From Candidatus Aceula lacicola (GTDB lineage Bacteria; Omnitrophota; Gorgyraeia; Zapsychrales; Aceulaceae), in the NCBI GenBank assembly GCA_030765785.1, contig JAVCCC010000032.1, positions 5,787 through 69,786 of the forward strand: 64,000 nucleotides of DNA. The letters run 5' to 3'. The notes beneath the pieces are model-generated. The model saw only the letters and a list, made by a program, of their open reading frames with translations. It made no database searches and was not told the DNA's origin. Made by a program: the position numbers and the translations under genes. Shown piece after piece: positions 1 through 7,500 of the stretch. Each line of letters opens with the position of its first letter. The stretch's first letter is position 1.

Positions 1-3000
1 CTTTAACAATTCCAGAAAAAGATTTGTGGGTCAATCTTTCTCCTTATGAAGAAAACCGCATTGTCGAAAAGAATTTCTCAGAAACAGACATGGGGAGAGA
101 TCTTTTGGCGCAAGATTATCTTTTAAAGCAAGTCGTGACCACATTGATTTATCCAGAGGGAGAGATAGGAAAAAAGTTTTGGGAAAAAGTTTACAAGAAA
201 GCATATGAACTTTTTGGTACGACTGAAGTCTCTGTTGATTCCTTGAACAAAGTGTGGATTGTTCCTGATAAGGCTGTTGTTTACGAAAGAGGAAATATGG
301 CTTTTGTTGCAGAGTCGAATCTTAAGGTTTTTATGGAAAAAGATTATTTGGCATCGAAAGAATATCAAAAAGATTCTTTAAGCAAGGAAAAGTTAAACGT
401 TGATCAGAAGCCTAAGCGAATGGATTTTTCAGATCAAATCGTTCAGGAAGTCATCATTCCAGAATTGGAGAAAGAAGTAAATTTTGGGAAAACTTTCAGT
501 CCTTTACGGCAAATTTATCATGCTCTTATTTTGGCAGATTGGTTTAAAAAGAAATTATCAAACAGTCTTATCAATTATGTTTATACAGGCAAAGGAAAAA
601 CTTCTGGAATAGATGTTTATGATCAAAAGGAGGCTGGAAGAATTTATTCTCAATATATTGAGAATTATAAAAAAGGGACTTGTGATTATCTTAAAGCAGA
701 ATATGATCCATTTTTAAAAAAATATGTTCCTCGCAAGTATTTTTCGGGTGGAGTAACTTGTATGAATGTTGATAGCCAAGTCCTAGACAATCCCGACGAC
801 CTTTCCTCTTCTAATTTAAAGAATATTAAAAGGGATGCCGTGAAGTATCATATTGCTTTGCAGCAGGCACCTTCTCAGTTATCTAGCTCAATTTCTTCAG
901 ATGCAATTCTTCCTAAGGATGGATCGATTTTCAATAGTGAGTTTGCGCCTGGCGAATTTGTTCGTCAGCTTCCTGAGGAAAATCGCGAGTGGCATATGGA
1001 AAACTTAAAGGAGTGGATCATTGAGAACGCAGAGAGATATTTGAATGAGCGGCTTTCCGGTGCTATTCGTTGGGATATTTTTATGAACCACTCCTTGCCT
1101 TATTTTGGGTTTTCGAATGATCAGATATTAGAAATTGTTGATCGTCTTAAAGTAGAGGAGAAGTCTTTAAAGATTTCTTCTGAAGGTAATCGTCCGGCTG
1201 AGTGGGAAATGATTGAATCCCTTAAGAGTTCGGCGTGGCCCTATACACAGATAATGGCAAAGAATATCATTGCTTATTTAAGGTTTGAAGAGAGTGAATC
1301 TGCCGAAAAGGATTTTTCAGAGATTTTTAGGAGTGGACAAATTTTTAAAGAGAATATTATTTTTTCAATTTCTGGAATAAAAGAAAGCTACAAGCTTTAT
1401 CCGTATTTGCGACAAATTATTAAGGATACGTTTTTTTTATCGAGTTCAAAAACAGAAAGAATTGATAAGTTAATGCGCATCGCAGAACGTGAAGTCAATG
1501 TAAGCACGCACAAAGGACAAGACCTTTTGAATTTTTCTAACTTAAAGAAAATATTAGAAAGTAATCATCAAAGACGAAGAACGGGACCAAATGCAACCTA
1601 TGATCCTGAGGTTACGGAGGCTCTAGAAGAGTTAAAGATTCTGGCAGCAAGCCTGATCGATAAAACACCGGGGGCTATTGATGATGTTAAAGAAATTGTT
1701 AGCATATATTGCGATCAAGACATCTTGCTTAGACTTGAAGATGCTGTCGAGCTGTTTTCTGGCGGAGATAATCTTGAGGCGATTCTTGTGTTAACAAATA
1801 TTAGGTCAGATCTTTATTTGTTAATTGTCGAGCAAATAAAACAAGCAGATAAAATTAATCATAGTCGTCAGCAGCGCTATGGTCCCCATATTTCTCAGTC
1901 TCAAGAGAAGGCAACAATAGCTTATAAGCTTATGGAGGCAGATATTTTGATTGAGCAGATGATTGTTGATTCTTCTACGGAAGCTTTTTCTTTGGTTAGA
2001 AGCAACGCAAGTTTAAAATCTTTTTCTTTAGAGAATGTTAAAGATATTATCTTGTCGGTATACATTATTGCTAAAAATATGTCTCATTCGATCGGTGCGC
2101 AGCCAGCGTTAAATGTTTTTGCTGATAATTTAATCAAGCTAAGAGATTCTGACCATCTTGGCGAAGAAAAGGAATATTATAGAATTTATGGGTTAATTCA
2201 GCAGATTGAAGCTGAGCTTGCTGATAATGTTGATAATTTGGTGAAGGAATTTAAATTTCGCGTTGAAGCCATGCAAAAGAATCAAGGTGTTAATGATTAT
2301 GAAGATACGCCTGAGTCCCTAGGGTTTGTTCAGGATTTTCTGATTTCAACGATGTTAAGGCAATTTAGCGAACGATTTCTTTTGGATTGTAGGAAAATAA
2401 TTGATGAGATGGAGGGCCCTCAAGATTTGACGATGACAGTCGATTCGGTTTCTCAACGAAAGGTTAGAAAGATCGTAAACGTTCCTGTTGATCTAGATCA
2501 CATTCCTTTAATCGTTAGTTTTGAGTCAGCAACAGAAGATCAAATGAGGAAGATTGGATCTAAAGCCTTTGGCCTTTACATCATGAAGAAATTGGGTATG
2601 CCTGTTCCCCCGTGGTTTGTGATCCGGGCAAAGCCTCGAAAGGATATTTTTGATATTAATGAAGTCCGAGATGAGCTGGAAAACCAGATTAAGGAAATTG
2701 AAAAAAGTAGCGGAACAAAAATAGGAGACCCAAAGAATCCTTTGTTGTTTTCTTTGAGATCAGTATTTCAGGTTTCTATGCCGGGAGAGTTTCCAACAGT
2801 TTTAAATGTAGGGATGAATCAAGAAGTTTTTGAAGGATTGAAGGAATCTAGGGGTGAGAAATTCGCTTTAATTAGCTATCTTGCTTTCTTAAAAACATAT
2901 GCAGATATGTTATATCCTAATTTATCAGATAGAGTAAATATGGATGATTTTTTAGGAGACGATCAAGATATTGATAGTTTATTGGATTTTTTAAGTGGAC

Positions 3001-4202
3001 TTAAGATTTTTTTAAAGCAGTCTAAAATCAAAATTCCCGAAGATCCTTGGCAGCAAATAGAAATTATTGTAGATCATATTATGAATAAATCAACGACACC
3101 AGAAATAGAGAATTTCTTGGCTTTGCATGGTCTCCCAGATTCTTGGAAAGTGAGTGTTATTTTTCAGAAAATGGAGTTTGGCTATTTAAACGATGAATCT
3201 TATACGGCAGTTGCTCACACGAGGGATGTGATGACTGGCGAAGATAAATTTGACATTGAGGCGATTTATGGAGCAACAGGAGAGTCTGTTGTTGGGAAAA
3301 GAAGCTCTGCGCGCCAAGTTCATAATATTCTCCCGGTGGAGGATGAAGAAATGCTAGAAATTTTTAAGCCGCAGTTAGAAAAAATATTTGGTGGCCCTGT
3401 TGAGCTTGAAATTACCAGGGGCGAAAAGCTTCATTTCCTTCAAGCTAGAACAGGACATCTTGGGGCGCAAGCGCTAAAGAAAAGCTTGAACGATTTGGTT
3501 CAAGAGAAAATTTTAACAAAGGAAGAGGCGGCTTTTCAGATTGAAATTGCTGAGACCCTTTCTGGCAAGAATGAAATCTTTCCTAACGCAGAGTCTTTGG
3601 TTATCGCTGGTGGAATTAGCGGGGGCGTCATGGCAGGGCCAATTTGCTTATCTCTTGATCAGGCAAGGAAAGCCATGAGTGACGGGGAAAATGCTATTTT
3701 AATTCTAGAAAATACACCTGATAGAAATGATAAATCTTATTATGGAAAGAACCTAGGGGTTGTCACGGCTCACGGAGGCCCATCTCAACATTTTTCTGTT
3801 TGGTCAAGACAATATCACATGCCTTACATTTCGATGGTAAAAGACATTGAAATTGATCTGGGCAACAAAAAGATTAAAATGGGAGGCAGGCAGTTTAAAG
3901 AGGGAGATGTTGTCACGATGGATGGTTATCGTGGATTGATTTTTAATGGAAATGTTGTTAAGAATTCTTCTCCAGCGGGAAAAGGGGTCGGATCCTCTGC
4001 TGTTGGTGGTATCGACTTGAGTCGGACGTTTGAATCCTTAAATATAAAGATGGATCAGTCTGGATCACCTTTGCCTGTCGAGTTTCAAGATATTGATCAG
4101 ATTCATATTCGAGGATTGATTCCCGTGATTATTAATGTTGTGCCTGTTCAGAATGTATCAACGCTTCTTGGGATTAACGCAAAAGGTTTAGTTGGATTCT
4201 AA
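1..4202 (+). CDS. Giant multidomain protein, 5'-partial (frame open to window edge). Shared N-domain (~nt 1-780), unique middle, PPDK/PEP-synthase-type ATP-grasp domain (~2430-3500), PEP-utilizer swivel phosphohistidine domain (~3560-3960), shared C-terminal tail (~3990-4202)
   Basis: No in-frame stop back to nt 3. The N-terminus aligns with aa ~110-360 of the next gene (LWVNLSPYE..MGRDLLAQDY..KVWVIPETAVVYE..RKYFSGG). 'KLGMPVPPWFVI' and 'RSVFQVSMPGEFPTVLNVGMN' match the PPDK_N 'GLPVPPGF' and 'VSMPGMMDTVLNLGLN' motifs. 'VVTAHGGPSQHFSVWSRQYHMPYI' matches the 'GGRTSHAAIIARELGIPCVVG' swivel-His motif. No PEP/pyruvate barrel follows. Confidence 0.7.
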   Translation, partial: LTIPEKDLWVNLSPYEENRIVEKNFSETDMGRDLLAQDYLLKQVVTTLIYPEGEIGKKFWEKVYKKAYELFGTTEVSVDSLNKVWIVPDKAVVYERGNMAFVAESNLKVFMEKDYLASKEYQKDSLSKEKLNVDQKPKRMDFSDQIVQEVIIPELEKEVNFGKTFSPLRQIYHALILADWFKKKLSNSLINYVYTGKGKTSGIDVYDQKEAGRIYSQYIENYKKGTCDYLKAEYDPFLKKYVPRKYFSGGVTCMNVDSQVLDNPDDLSSSNLKNIKRDAVKYHIALQQAPSQLSSSISSDAILPKDGSIFNSEFAPGEFVRQLPEENREWHMENLKEWIIENAERYLNERLSGAIRWDIFMNHSLPYFGFSNDQILEIVDRLKVEEKSLKISSEGNRPAEWEMIESLKSSAWPYTQIMAKNIIAYLRFEESESAEKDFSEIFRSGQIFKENIIFSISGIKESYKLYPYLRQIIKDTFFLSSSKTERIDKLMRIAEREVNVSTHKGQDLLNFSNLKKILESNHQRRRTGPNATYDPEVTEALEELKILAASLIDKTPGAIDDVKEIVSIYCDQDILLRLEDAVELFSGGDNLEAILVLTNIRSDLYLLIVEQIKQADKINHSRQQRYGPHISQSQEKATIAYKLMEADILIEQMIVDSSTEAFSLVRSNASLKSFSLENVKDIILSVYIIAKNMSHSIGAQPALNVFADNLIKLRDSDHLGEEKEYYRIYGLIQQIEAELADNVDNLVKEFKFRVEAMQKNQGVNDYEDTPESLGFVQDFLISTMLRQFSERFLLDCRKIIDEMEGPQDLTMTVDSVSQRKVRKIVNVPVDLDHIPLIVSFESATEDQMRKIGSKAFGLYIMKKLGMPVPPWFVIRAKPRKDIFDINEVRDELENQIKEIEKSSGTKIGDPKNPLLFSLRSVFQVSMPGEFPTVLNVGMNQEVFEGLKESRGEKFALISYLAFLKTYADMLYPNLSDRVNMDDFLGDDQDIDSLLDFLSGLKIFLKQSKIKIPEDPWQQIEIIVDHIMNKSTTPEIENFLALHGLPDSWKVSVIFQKMEFGYLNDESYTAVAHTRDVMTGEDKFDIEAIYGATGESVVGKRSSARQVHNILPVEDEEMLEIFKPQLEKIFGGPVELEITRGEKLHFLQARTGHLGAQALKKSLNDLVQEKILTKEEAAFQIEIAETLSGKNEIFPNAESLVIAGGISGGVMAGPICLSLDQARKAMSDGENAILILENTPDRNDKSYYGKNLGVVTAHGGPSQHFSVWSRQYHMPYISMVKDIEIDLGNKKIKMGGRQFKEGDVVTMDGYRGLIFNGNVVKNSSPAGKGVGSSAVGGIDLSRTFESLNIKMDQSGSPLPVEFQDIDQIHIRGLIPVIINVVPVQNVSTLLGINAKGLVGF
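2430..3960 (+). other. PPDK/PEP-synthase-like nucleotide-binding (ATP-grasp) plus swivel phosphohistidine domain segment inside the giant protein, lacking a PEP/pyruvate TIM barrel. Putative catalytic His codon at 3789-3791
   Basis: Motifs listed for the parent CDS; 'HTRDVMTGEDKF' resembles the PPDK 'FTRNPSTGEKKL' segment. Confidence 0.6.
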
Positions 4203-4303
4203 GGTAAATCAGAATTGCTAGAATTTTTTATTAGAAATCTTGTATTTTATTTTTATCTTTTTTGAAGAACTTTTTCAAGCCTGTAAGGCATTTGCTGTGA
4301 GTA

Positions 4304-4312
4304 TGTTAGAAT
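4304..4312 (+). promoter_or_regulatory. Possible extended -10 promoter element (TGtTAGAAT) upstream of giant gene 2
   Basis: 'tgttagaat' at 4304-4312; no good -35 found. Confidence 0.2.
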
Positions 4313-4387
4313 ATAGACATTTACTAGGACTGTGAGATATTGAGCTTCAAAACCTTGCTTTTTCTTAGAAATATGCTATATTTTTAC

Positions 4388-4418
4388 AAACGTTTTCAAA
4401 AGAAAACGTTTTCAAAAC
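4388..4418 (+). promoter_or_regulatory. Tandem direct repeat 'aaacgttttcaaaaG/C' (4388-4402 and 4404-4418), each with an internal inverted repeat (cgtttt..aaaacg), located 140 nt upstream of giant gene 2. Candidate operator or small hairpin
   Basis: Read directly from the sequence: acaaacgttttcaaaagaaaacgttttcaaaaccc. Confidence 0.35.
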
Positions 4419-4557
4419 CCTGACATTATTTTTATAATTTTTTTTCTATCAGTTAGGGGCAAAAATGCCACGATTTTATATATTTTAAAATAAACAAATA
4501 ACAATTAAACTTCATTTCTCAAATTAATTCGCCACGGAGAAAAAAAGGAGTAAATTC

Positions 4558-7500
4558 ATGATCAGTACATTCGAAGCGAGAAAATCAACTTTCTCTTATA
4601 AGGCACTTTGTGCGTTTGTCGCATTCGCTTTTTTTGCGACAATGGTTATTTTCCCTAATACAGCTCAGGCTCAAGGTGTGGCTAGTTTGCCGGCACCTGG
4701 AACTATGATCGGTATGACACCGGCATTTGCACCGCCAATTATTAAGGGTGTGCAGATTGATCCGCAGCATCCATTCCAGTTTAATTTTGTTCTTGATACT
4801 GGAGATGACCATGTCTCAGGCAAAAAGCTTGAACGCGAAGCCGACAAACTTATCAAATATTTCTTAGCTGCGATTACTGTTCCTGATGAAGATTTATGGG
4901 TGAACCTTTCTCCATATGAACAAGACCGCATCGTTCCAGAAGAATTTGGAAAAACAGAAATGGGACGTGATCTTTTGGCTCAGGATTATATTTTAAAACA
5001 ATTTACGGCATCCTTGATTTATCCTGAAGATGAGCTTGGAAAAACGTTCTGGGATCGAGTATACAAAAAAGCATATGAAAAGTATGGCACAACGGATATC
5101 CCTGTTAATACTTTTAACAAAGTATGGGTTATTCCTGAGACAGCCGTTGTTTATGAGCATGAAGGCACAAGCGCTTTTGTTGTTGAAAGACATCTAAAAG
5201 TTATGCTTGAAGAGGACTATCTTGCCTTATCGAATAATTTAAATAATGAAAAAATTGGAACAAGCCTTCAGGGTGAGGCTGAATCTAAAGATGTGAATAG
5301 TATTTCTTCTGAGATTGTTCGAGAAATTCTTATTCCAGAGATTGAGAAAGAAGTTAACTTTGGAAAGAATTTTGCTAACCTTCGCCAGATTTATAATGCT
5401 ATGATTTTATCAACTTGGTACAAAAGACAGTTGCGCGAAAGTGTTTTTGCTGGTGCGTATGCGAATAAAAATAAAGTTTCTGGTGTTGATATTGCCGATA
5501 AAGCGCAAGCGCAGAAAATTTATAATCAGTATTTGGAAGCGTTTAAAAAAGGTGTTTGCGACTATATTAAGGTAGAGCAAGATTCTCAAACGGGAAGAAA
5601 TATTCCAAGAAAATATTTTTCTGGTGGTTCGAAGCATGTTTCAAAAAATGTTCGTGTTAAAAAGAATTTATCGTCTTTGACATCAAGACAAGCAGGAGAA
5701 TTCAGCGCGAGCGCTGGACCTTTGGCTGTTGTTAAGGGTTTTGCGGATCCGGCTAACATTAAGTCGGCAGGAGAGAGAGCAGTTTTAGGATACAGAGGTG
5801 CAAAGGATGATGTATCGGGTTCTCCAATAGTTGTCGATGACATAGATGGTAAGGATGAGTACGTCCTTCAAGTAGGAAGTGAGGGAGTTTTTGTTAAGGA
5901 TAAAAATTGGGTTCAATTTATAGGAAAGAGATTGAGGCCAATTCAAGCATTAGAGAAAGCAATCGATGTTTTTCTCTCTAAGCATTTTTCTAAAATAGAT
6001 TATGAAAGTATAGTTTTGCAATGGGATCGAGCTCAAACTCGATTAGATGGGGTTGATGTTGTCTCATTGTCTCAAGGGAAGATAGATCAGATATCGGAAT
6101 CGTTAAAAAAGGCATCAAAACGCAGTCAGAGTCTAGACACAGATTTTAAGATTATGATGGATAATTTAAAATTTTATCAAGATCGACTTGAAAAAATAGT
6201 TGGAGACCTTGCGTATGAGGTGAGTAATGGCAAGAAAGTTTCTGAAATAAATTCGAACGATCTTTTGAGAAAGGCCAGAGAAGGGGAAAAAGATACAAAA
6301 ATTTTAGATGAATCTGGTTTGACAAAATTATTCAGGAAAGTAAGTGGATTTTTAAGGCTTGAACAATTTACAGCGATTAATGTCGCTGTTTCTCTTCATA
6401 GTATGCTTTTAAAATTTGCTGGAACAGATGCTCCTGGTTGGCAGTGGGCTTTGTGGGCGTTAGCTACCTTTTCTGTCACAACCATTATTCATGAGTTAGG
6501 TCACTGGTATCAAGGTCAGAAATCTAACACTCTTACATTGGAAGAAATTCCTTTTAAGATTATAAGAGATTCAGGAAAAATAAAGGATTCTTTGCTACTA
6601 AAATATTACAAGAATCAATCTGTTCTAAAACAATCGATTGAGGAGAAGATGCTTAAAGATAAGCTTTTTAAAGAAGAAGTTGAAGATTTTGTGAAAGGCC
6701 TTGAGTTTAAAAGTGTTTCTGGAGATAAACTGATTTTTGATGTTAGCGAAATTGATAAAAAACTTTCTGATGGAAAGAAAGAAAAGTTTTTTGAATATTT
6801 TGAAAAAGATAGCTGGCTGATGGATTCTAAAAAAGAGCACGAAATGCGAACAGGTATGGCTAATTATTGGGAAAAGACAAAATTGATTAACCGTTTAAAA
6901 AGACATGATATTATTAAGGGGTCAAAGTGGATTCCAGAATGGCTGACTTTTAACGCGCGAGGCTTGCAAGTTAATTTTAGCCGAACAACTTTGCAAAATC
7001 TTGCCTATGGGCCTCTTTTTAGCGCTTGGATGACAGGGGGAGCGATAGCGGTTTTGTTGGCTTCTCTTATTGTTCCTGGACTAGCCACAACATGGGTTCC
7101 TGGACTAGCGCTAACAACAGTTGTCATTGGGCTTTTTAATTCCATTTTTGCTGATAATTCAGCTCTTTTAGATTTAATAAAAGAAAAAAGGTTGGACCGA
7201 GCACGTAAAAAGGCAGTTAAGGCAGGTGTTGGCAAAGAAGAAGCAAAAACCATAGATGTTGATTTGCTTGTTAAGGGTAAAGATGGCAAGATGAGATCTT
7301 GGAGCATGATGAATCCTGAAGATATCAGAAGCATTGTGCGATATGATGAAAAAAAGAATGTTTATGTTCTCCCAGCAATGATTCATTGTAACGTTATTAA
7401 TGGCGGAAAACATTCAGACGGAAGCGCAACATTTCAGGAGTGGATGTATTTGCCTCTTGGGTCTGAGAGTGTTGATGAGGCCTTAGAAAAATTAACTGAC

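Noticed and set aside
123-5843. Multiple 60-110-aa minus-strand ORFs inside the two giant genes (for example 123-368, 4585-4931, 4993-5193, 5410-5843)
   Set aside because: They are embedded antisense in strongly supported long + strand ORFs. They are AT-rich frames without start context.
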